DNA of 64,000 nucleotides, taken from assembly GCF_963921235.1 (NCBI RefSeq), contig NC_086097.1, forward strand, positions 202,432,001-202,496,000, given 5' to 3'. Both the position numbers and the translations under genes were made by a program. The first letter of the stretch is position 1; the number at the start of each line of letters is the position of its first letter. A model generated the notes under the pieces. It had not been told where the DNA came from and did no database searches. It was given only the letters and a program-made list of their open reading frames with translations. Positions 50,048-62,570 of this stretch are shown piece by piece. The stretch is from Mobula hypostoma. Lineage: Eukaryota.

Positions 50048-53000
50048 ACATAGAACATAGAAAAGTACAGCACAGTACAGGCCCTTCGGCCCACAATGTT
50101 GTGCCAACCCTCAAACCCTGCCTCCCATATAAGCCCCCACCTTAAATTCCTCCATATACCTGTCTACTAGTCTCTTAAACTTCACTAGTGTATCTGCCTC
50201 CACCACTGACTCAGGCAGTGTATTCCATGCACCAACCACTCTCTGAGTAAAAAACCTTCCTCTAATATCCCCCTTGAACTTCCCACCCCTTACCTTAAAG
50301 CCATGTCCTCTTGTATTGAGCAGTGGTGCCCTGGGGAAGAGGTGCTGGCTATCCACTCTATCTATTCCTCTTATTATCTTGTACACCTCTATCATGTCTC
50401 CTCGCATCCTCTTTCTCTCCAAAGAGTAAAGCCCTAGCTCCCTTAATCTCTGATCATAATGCATACTCTCTAAACCAGGCAGCATCCTGGTAAATCTCCT
50501 CCGTACCCTTTCCAATGCTTCCACATCCTTCCTATAGTGAGGCGACCAGAACTGGACACAGTACTCTAAGTGTGGCCTAACCAGAGTTTTATAGAGCTGC
50601 ATCATTACATCGCGACTCTTAAACTCTATCCCTCAACTTATGAAAGCTAACACCCCATAAGCTTTCTTAACTACCCTATCCACCTGTGAGGCAACTTTCA
50701 GGGATCTGTGGACATGTACCCCCAGATCCCTCTGCTCCTCCACACTACCAAGTATCCTGCCATTTACTTTGTACTCTGCCTTGGAATTTGTACCACCTCA
50801 CACTTCTCCGGGTTGAACTCCATCTGCCACTTCTCAGCCCACTTCTGCATCCTATCAATGTCTCTCTGTAGTCTTTGACAATCCTCTACACTATCTACAA
50901 CACCACCAACCTTTGTGTCGTCTGCAAACTTGCCAACCCACCCTTCTACCCCCACATCCAGGTCGTTAATAAAAATCACGAAAAGTAGAGATCCCAGAAC
51001 AGATCCTTGTGGGACACCACTAGTCACAATCCTCCAATCTGAATGTACTCCCTCCACCACGACCTTCTGCCTTCTGCAGGCAAGCCAATTCTGAGTCCAC
51101 CTGGCCAAACTTCCCTGGATCCCATGCCTTCTGACTTTCTGAATAAGCCTACCGTGTGGAACCTTGTCAAATGCCTTACTAAAATCCATATAGATCACAT
51201 CCACTGCACTACCCTCATCTATATGCCTGGTCACCTCCTCAAAGAACTCTATCAGGCTTGATCTGCCCTTCACAAAGCCATGCTGACTGTCCCTGATTAG
51301 ACCATGATTCTCTAAATGCCCAGAGATCCTATCTCTAAGAATCTTTTCCAACAGCTTTCCCACCACTGAGGTAAGGCTCACTGGTCTATAATTACCCGGA
51401 CTATCCCTACTCCCTTTTTTGAACAAGGGGACAACATTCGCCTCCCTCTAATCCTGCGGTACCATTCCCATGGACAACGAGGACATAAAGATCCTAGCCA
51501 GAGGCTCAGCAATCTCTTCCCCTGCCTTGTGGAGCAGCTTGGGGAATATTCCGTCAGGCCCCGGGGACTTATCCGTCCTAATGTATTTTAACAACTCCAA
51601 CACCTCCTCTCCCTTAATATCAACATGCTCCAGAACATCAACCTCACTCATATTGTCCTCACCATCATCAAGTTCCCTCTCATTGGTGAATACTGAAGAG
51701 AAGTATTCATTGAGGACCTCGCTCACTTCCACAGCCTCCAGGCATATCTTCCCACCTTTAAATCTAATCGGTCCTACCTTCACTCCTGTCATCCTTTTTT
51801 TCTTCACACAATTGAAGAATGCCTTGAGGTTTTCCTTTACCCTACTTGCCAAGGCCTTCTCATGCCCCCTTCTTGCTCTTCTCAGCCCCTTCTGAAGCTC
51901 CTTTCTTGCTTCCCTATATTCCTCAATAGACCCATCTGATCCCTGCTTCCTAAACCTCATGTATGCTGCCTTCTTCCACCTGACTAGATTTTCCACCTCA
52001 CTTGTCACCCATGGTTACTTCACCCTACCATTCTTTATCTTCCTCACTGGGACAAATTTATCCCTAACATCCTGCAGAGATCTCTAAACATCGACCACAT
52101 GTCCATCGTACATTTCCCTGCAAAAACATCATCCCAATTCACACCCACAAGTTCTAGCCATATAGCCTCATAATTTGCCCTTCCCCAATTAAAAATTTTC
52201 CTGTCCTCTCTGATTCTATCCTTTTCCATGATAATGCTAAAGGCCAGGGAGCAGTGGTCACTATCCCCCAGATGCTCACCCACTGAGAGATCTGTGACCT
52301 GTCCCGGTTCATTACCTAGTACTAGATCTAGTATGGCATTCCCCCTAGTTGGCCTGTCCACATGCTGTGACAGGAATCCATCCTGGACACACTTAACAAA
52401 CTCTGCCCCGTCCAAACCCTTGGAACTAATCAGGTGCCAATCAGTATTAGGGAAGTTAAAGTCACCCATGATAACAACCCTGTTATTTTTGCACCTTTCC
52501 AAAATCTGCCTCCCAATCTGCTCTTCTGTATCTCTGCTGCTACCAGGGGGCCTATAGAATACCCCCAATAGAGTAATTGCTCCCTTCCTGTTCCTGACTT
52601 CTACCCATACTGACTCAAAAGAGGATCCTGCTACATTACCGACCCTTTCTGTAGCTGTAATAGTATCCCTGACCAGTAATGCCACCCCTCCTCCCCTTCC
52701 CCGCCCCCCATCCCTTTTAAAGCACTGAAATCCAGGAATATTGAGAATCCATTCCTGCCCTGGTGCCAGCCAAATCTCTGTAATGGCCACTATATCATAA
52801 TTCCATGTATATATCCAAGCTCTCAGCTCATCACCTTTGTTCCTGATGCTTCTTACATTGAAGTACACACACTTTAGCCCTGCTGCCTTCCTACCTTTAC
52901 ACCCTTTATTCAGCTTCTCTTTCCTCAAAGCCTCTCTGTATGTTAGATCTGGCTTTACTCCATGCACTTCTTTCACTGCTCTATCGCTCTGGGTCCCATC

Positions 53001-54100
53001 CCCCTTGCAAATTAGTTTAAATCCTCCCGAAACTTGCCAGCGAACCTACCTGCAAGGATACTGCTCCCCCTCGAGTTCAGGTGCAACCCATTCAATCTGT
53101 ACAGGTTCCACCTTCCCCAGAAGAGATCCCAATGATCCAAAAATCTAAAACCCTGCTCCCTGCACCAACTCCTCAGCCACGCATTCAACTGCCATCTCCT
53201 CCAATTTTTACCATCACTGTCACGTAGCACTGGCAGCAAACCTGAGAATGCCACCCTTGAGGTCCTGTTCTTCAGCCTTCTGCCTAGTTCCGGAAACTCA
53301 CACTTCAGGACCTCATCCCTCTTCCTGCCTATATCGTTGGTCCCAACATGTATCACGACTTCTGGTTGCTTTCCCTCTTGTCCAGGATGTCGTGCACCCG
53401 GTCAGAGACATCCCGGACCCTGACACCCGGGAGGCAACAAACCATGCGGGTGTCCTTCTCACGTCCACAAAATCTCCTGTCTGATCCCCTGACTATAGAG
53501 TCTCCAATGACGACAGCTCTCCTCTTCTCCGTCCCACCCTTCTGCACCACAGGGTCAGACTCAGTGCCGGAGGCCCTGCCACCGTGGCTCACATCTGGTC
53601 GGTCGTCCCCACCAACAATATTCAGGACAGTAAACTTATTATTTAGGGGAATGGCTACAGGGGTGCTCTGCACTACCTGCTGCTCACCTTCACTTTCCCC
53701 CCTCTGACTGTCACCCAACGACCTGCTTCCGACAGCCTAGGTGTGACTACCTCCCTGTAGCTCTCATCTATGACTGCCTCATTCTCCCTTATGAGTGGAA
53801 GGTCATCCAGGTGCTGCTCCAGATTCCTTACACGGTCTTCCAGATTGCCCAGCAGTATGCACTTCTGGCAGATGTCACTCTGCGGGAGAGGGGCATTCCC
53901 CCAAGACTGCCACATCTCACATGAGAGGCACATCAACGTCTCAGGAGACATTGTAAAGACTAACTGCGAGCTAGCTTGTCCTCCGCCTCTTCTCGTCGAA
54001 GCCTCAAAGCTCCACTCCTTCACTGGCCCACTCACTCACTGGCCGCTTTCCACAGGCCACTTCGCTTGAGCGATCCCTCTATTTATCTGTTTGAGCTTTT
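50048..54100 (-). mobile_element. near full-length CR1 LINE with disabled ORF1 (zinc finger/leucine zipper plus SGNH esterase) and ORF2 (APE plus RT)
   Basis: ORF1 pieces CLSCEMW..CQKC, VVIGDSIVRG, IHVGTNDIG; ORF2 YFNVRSIRNK, GDFNFP, LGDSDH, NYRPVSLTS, KFADDTK; catagaacatagaa tail; several frameshifts and stops. Confidence 0.96.
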
Positions 54101-54349
54101 CCTTCACCCAACAGCTGCATGATGATTCACGTCACATGCTGGTGATAATATACCCGATTCTGATGGTAACAGTGAGAAAGCTAGTGCCCGTAATGGAGCT
54201 GGCTGACTCTACAACCCTCTTCATCTTTTTCTGATCGTCTGTGCCTCCATACCAGACAGTGATGCAACCAGTCAGAATGCTTTCCATGGTACCTCTGTAG
54301 AAATTTGCTATCCTTTGGTGAAGTGCCAAATCTCCTCAAACTCCTTAAG

Positions 54350-55020
54350 ATTAAGGCATGTGGGACCCGTAGTGATACAAAACTGTTTTGGTTATAGAAG
54401 ACAGAGGGTAGTATCAAGGGGTGTTTATCTGACTGAAAATAGGGGTATTGTGCATAAAAATCTGACAAGTCATGATGCAGCTCAATACAACATTAGTTTG
54501 GCCATATTTGTGGCACTGTGTCTAGTTCTTGTAACCACACTATAAGAAGTCTGAGAAGGTTTGAAGAAGATACAGACGAGTTTCACTAGGGTGCTGTCTG
54601 CATTGGAGTGCATGAGCCATACAGAGAAGCTGAACAAACTTTGGTTGCTTTCTCTGGAGCACAGAGGCTGAGGATAGAAGTACGTAAAATTATGAGAAAC
54701 ATAGACAGGGTAGACAGTCAGATTCTTTTCCCCAGGGAGGGCATAGTTTTAAGATGAAAGGGGAAAAGTTTAAAGGAGACATGCCAGGCATGATTTTTTT
54801 ATATACAGAGAATGATAGATGCCTGAAATGTACTGCTGGAGGAGGTGATAGAATCAGTATGATAGCAACTTTTAAGAGGTTTTTAGATGGACTTATCAAC
54901 AGGCAGCAACCAGTGGAATGCCAAACAAGTGTAGAGAGATGGGATGAGTTCAATTGGCATCATGGTCAGTGCAGACATGGTAGCTGACCAGCCATTTCCT
55001 GTACACTGCTTGCTATGTTC
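54350..55020 (+). mobile_element. old CR1 3' fragment
   Basis: MKGEKFKGD...TFKRFLD remnant. Confidence 0.65.
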
Positions 55021-56299
55021 TGTGAGATCATGTTAAATCATTTATCACATTGAATGACTTGGAAATTCTAGCAAGAATGAAAGTATTTATGTCAGTTATG
55101 AGATGGGATTTCATTGGAAGCCCTATTGCTGAACATAATCAGATCTATCTGCAAGTTTGCAATTGTAGGCCTCTGTTTTTCCTGTGTATGACGGACTAAG
55201 GCATGGAGAAATCTAGATAGGGGCAGTAGTGTGGAACTTGTCCGAAAGACACTTCAGTAAAATTCACTCACACTTCATGCACCGTGAAGAGTGTGTGGGA
55301 AACACATGTCGAAGCCTGTTGTCAATACACATGTGACACATTTTTTTTAAATGGCAACCTGCCTTGACAGATTCTGGCCTGCAAGAAAGCAGTCATAGTT
55401 AACCGTGCTTCTTGTTATAACATTCTCCCTCCTCCCAGTGGCTCTTCACTTGAGACCTCCCCGCACCCATACCACTCCAACAACTGCAATCTGGGCCTTA
55501 TTAAACAGTTGTTCACTGTGCCTCTGCTAGAGTCTCATATTTCCCAAATTAATTCTAAATAATGCCCTAGATCTTCCTTATCTCCCATTCTTCCATCTAA
55601 ACCTTCTTCCTTCCACCCCTTTACATGAAACTTTCAGCATCTGCTTTGAACTAGGCAGTAATAGTATTGCTAAGGAACTTGATTTACTTATCTGTACATA
55701 ATTCATTTTGAGTACATTAAAATTGGCAACACTTTTGTGCTCAGGTGTAGCCATTTTCACAAATCATGTTGTCCTCTATGTTTTGTATGTCTTTCCCAGC
55801 ATGGAGAAATTTCCAGAAAATTATTTTTGGAATGCTATTGTTTTGTAGAGATGGGGATTGTAAGGGCAAAATTGGTCCTCTGGAAGATCAGAATGGTAAT
55901 CCATGTGTGTAGACAAAAGAGATGGCGGGGGGAGATCTTAAATTAATTTTTTGCATCTGTATTTACTCAGGAGATGGTCAGAGAGTCTATAGAAGTGAGG
56001 CAAAGTGGCATCATCTTCATGGATCCTATTCAGATTACATATTGAGCCAATTGCAGTAGATAAATCCCCTGGGCCTGACAAGGTGTGTGGGAGGCAAGTA
56101 CAGAAATTGCCAGGAGATGGGATGTTATGTTGAAGTTGTGTAAGGCATTGGTGAGGCCTAATTTTGAGCATTGTTTGCAATTTTGTTCACCTACCTACAG
56201 GAAAGATGTAAGTAAGGTTGAAAGAGTACAGAGAAAATTTACGAGGATGTTGCTGTGGCTGGAGGACCTGAGTTATCAGAAAAGATTGAATAGGTTCAG

Positions 56300-57652
56300 C
56301 AGACATCCCACCCTGCAAAAACTAATTTCAGGGAGGTATCACCACCATTTAAGGGAGGTTAGCACCCCCCCCCACAACATCATATCCACCCCCCCCCCCC
56401 CGTCGACCTCCAAGGGTGTATGTAATACTTTGTTTCGTGATTTTGTCTAACCTATAAACCAAGTTGGGTGTATGCAGCAAATGTGACATTAAAATATGTG
56501 CTTATATTATATTATATTATCATGTTTATTCTATTACAACTTTAAGCAAATCTACAGGGAGTTCGGCCTCATCAAGTCGGACATCAATAGAGTAGCTCCT
56601 TAGCAGCCAGCCAGCTAGTTTAAATAACGTTAGCTATGCTAATGAACGAATGACACCTGTTAAACTCACCTCAACATGCCGTTTACATTTTAACCCACCA
56701 TGGGCAATAGAAAAGTCACTGTTGCAAACGGTGCAGCGAGCAACGCTGTCATTATTTTTGAGGGCGACTGTAAAGCCCGCCCACAGAGAAAACTGATAGG
56801 TCTACTTAGCAGGGGTCCCCAACATTTTTTGCACTGCAGACCGGTTTAATATTGACAATATTCTTGTGGACAAGCCGACCGGGGGGGGGGGGGGAGGGGC
56901 TGGGGCATGTGTAATCACGACCAGAATATAGGTGATAAGTCAATAGCATCATAACATTTTAAGTAACATTTGGATATTAAACACGCAGCACATATTTTCC
57001 CCGTATGAACATATAAAATCATTGTAACACCAATATCGCTGAATCAGTGCGAGTCCTGGGCTTGTTTCCCTGCAACAAGACGGTCCCATCGAAGGGTGAG
57101 GGGAGACAGCGATACTCGAAGGGGGTTCCTTATGTCCTGTCTATTCCGCAATTTAGTTTTCATTGCATTCATTGCAGAAAACTCCGCTTTGCAGAGATAT
57201 GATGTTGGAAATGGAAGCAATGTTTTCAGTGCTTTCATTGCTATCTCAGGATATCCAGCTTTGACTTTGATGCCGGCAGAGATGTTATGTCAAACATACT
57301 TTTCAGCCCGCCATCATTTGCAAGCTCGAGGAGTTGATCTCCTTCCCGCGCTGACATGGATGACGCGGGGGTAACGACCTCACGTACGTTCAAGTTCAAC
57401 AGTGCGTGACAGGAAATGAGAAAAGGTGCAAATGACTCATATCGTTACATATCGCCAAATCATATTGTTTCCTCACGGCCCGGTGGTTGGGGGCCACTCT
57501 TAGCACGAAGAGAGACCAATCAGGATGCTCGCTCTCCCTCTTCCTCTCAAAAAAATCTATTTCCGGGGTATAGAAAATAATTTCCAGGCATCAGGGAGCC
57601 ACTATCGATATGCGGGAGACTCCCGGATCTTCCGGGAGAGGTGGGATGTCTG
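56300..57652 (-). mobile_element. non-autonomous hAT-like transposon, 13-bp TIRs, 7-bp TSD GGTTCAG
   Basis: CAGACATCCCACC...GGTGGGATGTCTG; ggttcag at 56293-56299 and 57653-57659; minus-strand BED-finger remnant at 56670-56759. Confidence 0.85.
56810..57498 (-). mobile_element. hAT-Charlie/Buster non-autonomous element nested in the element above
   Basis: CAGGGGTCCCCAAC...GTTGGGGGCCACT termini; partial TSD cttag; ORF KALKTLLPFPTSYLCKAEFSAMNAMKTKLRNR...KQAQDSH (hAT dimerisation C-terminus). Confidence 0.9.
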
Positions 57653-58114
57653 GGTTCAGGCTTTATTCCTTGCAACATAGAAGACTGAGAGGACATTTGA
57701 TAGAGGTATACAAAACTATGATGGGTATATAGATAGGGTAAATGCAAGCATGCTTTTCCACTGAGTTTGGGTGGGACCACAACTAGAGGTTACGGGTTAA
57801 GGGTAAAAGTTGAAAAGTTTAGGGGAACATGAGGGGAAACTTTGTCATTCAGATGGTCGTGAGAGTGTGGAACGAGCTTCCAGTGTAGGTGGTGCATATG
57901 AGTTTGATTTTAACGTTCAAGAGAAGTTTGGATAGGTACATGATTGATGGAGTATGGAGGGCTCTGGTACTGGTGCAGGTTGATGGGAATAGGCAGCTTA
58001 AATAGTTTAGCATGAACCGGATGCGCCAAAGGGCCTTTTTCTGTGCAGTACTTTTCTATGATGATGATATGAGCACTTGTCGATTTAACAAAGTAATATC
58101 TACTTTGGTACAAT

Positions 58115-58361
58115 GGGGAGGGAAGGGAGGGGGAGGGAATGTCAACTCAGACCATGAGAGGCCTGCGTCGGGCATTTTCATGCCTTACAAGGTACAGGTT
58201 GGAAGTTTGTATGGGGCACCACTCCTTGCACAGACACTAGAGCAATATGTGGTTAAGTGCCTTGCTCAAGGACACAAACACGCTGCCAACACTGAGGCTC
58301 AAACCAGCGACATTCAGATCACTAGACAAACACCTTAACCACTTGGCTATGTGCCCAACAC
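58115..58361 (-). mobile_element. tRNA-derived SINE, same family as 19103-19338
   Basis: colinear similarity along its whole length. Confidence 0.88.
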
Positions 58362-60357
58362 AACAATAAAGTACAATAAAGCTTCTCAATTTCATTGGAG
58401 CATCTTTTAATAGAGCGGCATTTATTTTTCTCTATTACTTTTCAGTGCTTGAATTTGTGTGCTTTAAGGCCCAGGTATAAGGGGCAGGTTGCCTGTGCTA
58501 GAATAGGAAACTACAAATGTTTGTACATTAGGCAATGGACAAGCAATGGGTAGCATTAAAAATATATACATGACATACAACAAAAATAAATTGCTTTAAT
58601 GTTTTAAGAATCTGATTGATGGTGCCTGAAGTCATTTCACTGAAGATAGCAAAGATCAAGTACTTTTTAATAACGTAAAGTACTTGACGTTACTTTACGT
58701 CAAGTACTTTGGCATAATACGATTGTTAACAAGTTCTGGTACAAAAATATCTGTGGTGCTGTAATATAAGGTAAGACTAACTTTACATATCATTGCCTCT
58801 TCTTAGTCTATGTTTCTCACACATTCCATGTGCAATCAAAATGGGTCCTTGGCTTTTAGCAGTATTAGCCATGACTTGTTCTCTAATTATCCCTTCGTGA
58901 AAAAATACTACACTTCCATTTAATGCCTGGCACTGGTGCAACTAGGAATGGGAATTTGTGGAATCGTGGATACAAATCACCAGTTTGACCTTATGTAAGC
59001 AGCAGTTCGAATGTTACAACACCAATTCAGCTGTCACTCAGACATGAGGGAGGAGCAGATGAGGTGGAGTGTAAATTAATTTATAGTAGCAGTACATGTT
59101 TCTCGTTTCCCCCCCCCCATTTTATTTATAAGGAACTGACAGAATTAGTTTTATTCTTCTCAGTCAACATGTAGATCATCAATTTACTGTATGTTGATGA
59201 CAGCCAAGATTTTTACAACTCAGCTAATATAGAAACAAAGGTAACAGTTAATGGTTCTTATCGATTATTAACAGGATGTATTAGTATTCAGAATTTTACA
59301 GTCCAGTGCTACATCAGGAATAACCCTTGGTTCTGCTGATTTTAAATACAGGTTATTGTTCCAAAAGAGATGACCAAGGATCAAAATTTCCTAACAGTAA
59401 ATAAGATGCACAGCTGAAAGGTTAATAGACATAATACTTAGATCTTTTGTGCAATAAGAGTAGATTATAACAATAATTTTCAGTTTGTGATAGGATATAC
59501 ATTTTTGTAAAATATTACCATCAGTATTTGATTGTCTTTATACTACAGAACACTGTTGGGCTAATGATCATAGGTCACAGGCAACCCAGATTCAGAATTT
59601 CAGGATTTAAATTGCACAGTCGTGGTGACAGTAAAGTAGAGGGTGTTTTTTTTCCACAGAGGAGGCAGAACATTTTGACTGATCATTATGGCTGTCTCTC
59701 CTGCTCCCTCTGGTGGAGAATTTAAGAAGCTAACTCAGAGCAGGCAGGATATAAAATGGTGTGGAAAATAGGCAGATGTAAGGAGGGGATAAAATAACTA
59801 AAATATATTATTCAAATAGACTGAGGAAATGATTAAGATTTCATCATATGAACACATGTTGGGAAAAATTAACAGTGAGGGAAAACTGCAAGACGCATGG
59901 GATCAATTTGGTTGTATGTTAATTTAACTTAAATTTAGAACTTCTTTCTGTTTCTAAGTTTTATTTGTTTTCCTGTCGTGGAATGGTTGTGTAACTATGC
60001 TGTACTGTATCTGCTCTATGATATGCTGTGCTGCTTTGTAAAATAAGAATAAATAATAATAAAAATTTGAATTACAAAGAAATATTCAAACAAAAATATA
60101 AATATTATTAAAACATGTATTTATCAGCCAACAAAGGCATGATTTAATGAACTGTTCAACATATTTAACTCACTAAATACATCATATTTCTGTATCCTAT
60201 TTGATAAAAATCAAACAGGTTTGTACTACTCTTAAATAAAAAGATTAGATTGAAACACAATGTTTCATTTTTTAGGGAAATAGCATTGCAAATTTCTTTG
60301 ATTTTCGAATACAAATTTTCTTTGAAGCCAGTTGAGATGATGAACGAGATGGCCCTC

Positions 60358-62570
60358 CAGAATCAGAATCAGGTTTATTATCACCGACATGACGTGAAAT
60401 TTGTTAACTTAGCAGCAGCAGTTCAATGCAATACATAATCTAGCAGAGAGAGAAAAATAATAATAAATAAAATAAAACATAATAAATAAACAAGTAAATC
60501 AATTACATATATTATAGCAACACACATCAAAGTTGCTGGTGAACGCAGCAGGCCAGGCAGCATCTGTAGGAAGAGGTGCAGTCGACGTTTCAGGCCGAGA
60601 CCCTTCGTCATATATTATAGATTTTTTTAATGTGCAAAAACAAATACTGTATATTAAAGAAGTGAGGTAGTGTCCAAAGCTTCAACGTCCATTTAGGATT
60701 CGGATGGCAGAGGGGAAGAAGCTGTTCCTGAATCACTGAGTGTGTGCCTTCAGGCTTCTGTATCTCCAACCTGATGGTAACAGTGAGAAAAGGGCATGCC
60801 CTGGGTGCTGGAGGTCCTTAATAATAGACGCTGCCTTTCTGAGACACTGCTCCCTAAAGATGTCCTGGGTACTTTGTAGGCTAGTGTCCTAGATGGAGCT
60901 GACTTGATTTACAACCTTCTGCAGCTTCTTTTTGTCCTGTGCAGTAGCCCCTCCATACCAGACAGTGATGCAGCCTGTCAGAATGCTCTCCACGGTACAA
61001 GTATAGAAGTTTTTGAGTGTATTTGTTGACATGCCACATTTCTTCAAACTCCTAATAAAGTATAGCCATTGTCTTGTCTTCTTTATGACTACATCAATAT
61101 GTTGGGACCAGGTTAGATCCTCAGAGGTCTTGACGCCCAGGAACTTGAAGCTGCTCACTCTCTCCACTTCTGATCCCTCTATGAGGATTGGTATGTGCTC
61201 CTTCGTCTTACCCTTCCTGAAGTGTACAATCAGCTCTTTTGTCTTACTGATGTGAGTGCCAGGTTGTTGCTGTGGCATCAGTCCATTGGTTGGCATATCT
61301 CACTCCTGTACACCCTCTCATCACCACCTGAGATTCTACCAACAATGGTTATATCATCAGCAAATTTGTAGATGGTATTTGAGCTATTCCTAGCCATACA
61401 GTGATGTGTATCTAGAGAGTAGAGCAGTGGGCTACGCACACACCCCTGAGGTCTGCCAGTGTCGATTGTCAGCGAGGAGGATATGTTATCACCAATCCGC
61501 ACAGATTGTGGTCTTCCAGTTAGGAAGTCGAGGATCCAATTGCAGGGGGAGGTACAGAGGCCCAGGTTCTGCAACTTCTCAATCAGGATTGTGGGAATGA
61601 TCGTATTAAATGCTGAGCTATTGTTGATGAACAGCATCCTGACGTAGGTATTTGTGTTGTCGAGGTCATCTAAAGCCGTGCGGAAAGTCATTGAGATTGC
61701 GTCTGCTACTGACCTATTGTGGCGATAGACAAATTGTAATGGGTCCAGTTCCTTGCTGAGGCAGGAGTTCAGTCTTGTCATCACCAACCTCTCAAAGCAT
61801 TTCATAACTGTCGATGTGAGTGCTACTGGGCAATAGTCATTAAGGCATATTATTCTTCTTTGGCACTGGTATAATTGTTGCCTTTCGGAACCAAGTGGAA
61901 ACTTCTGCCCGTAGCAGTGAGAAGTTGAAAATGTCCTTGAATACTCCAGCTCGTTGGTTGGCACAGGTTGTCAGAGCCTTATTAGGTACTCCGTCAGGAC
62001 CTTCTGCCTTACGAGGGTTCACTCTCTTTAAAGACAGTCTAACATTGGCCTCTGAGACAGAGATCACAGGGTCATCAAGTGCAGTAGGGATCGTCACAGC
62101 CGAAGTTGTGTTCTCCCTTTCAAAGCGTGCATAGAAGGCGTTGAGTTCATCTGGTAGTGAAGCATCGCTGCCATTCATACTATTGGGTTTCATTTTGTAG
62201 GAAGTAATATCTTGCAGTCCCTGCCAGAGTTGCCATGCATCTGATATCGCCTCCAACCTTGTTTGAAATTGTCTCTTCTCCCTTGAAATAGCCCTCCGCA
62301 AATCATACCTGGTTTTCAGGTACAGGCCTGGGTCGCCAGACTTGAATGCCACAGATCTAGTCTTCAGCAGATGACATACCTCCTGGTTCATGTACGGCTT
62401 TTGGTTTGGGAATGTACAGTAAGTCTTTGTCGGCACACACTCATCCACACTGGTTTTAATGAAGTCGGTAACAACTGCAGCAAACTCATCCAGATTCGAA
62501 GATGAATCCCTGAATACAGTCCAGTCCACCAATTCAAAGCAGTCTTGTAGGCACTTCTGTGCTTCTCTTG
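60358..62570 (-). mobile_element. Rex1/Babar-clade LINE, 3' ~2.2 kb with a disrupted RT
   Basis: [47 protein letters not shown]; cagaatcagaatcaggtttatt tail. Confidence 0.93.
60518..60608 (-). mobile_element. ~90-bp Penelope-derived insertion with 12-bp TSD, carrying a partial hammerhead motif
   Basis: catatattatag at 60506-60517 and 60609-60620; minus strand tgacga-aggg tctcgg cct-gaaa-cgtc-gactg. Confidence 0.7.

Larger units (their letters stand above)
55840..58060 (+). mobile_element. deleted CR1 LINE hosting the hAT nest (CR1 at 55840-56299 and 57660-58060)
   Basis: VMLKLCKALVRPNFEHCLQFCSPTYRKD...RLNR continues after the insertion as ctttattccttgcaacatagaagactgagaggacatttgatagagg. Confidence 0.88.

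Noticed and set aside
56881..56906. G-run as a functional G-quadruplex
   Set aside because: It is a homopolymer tract inside the Charlie element with no independent evidence of function
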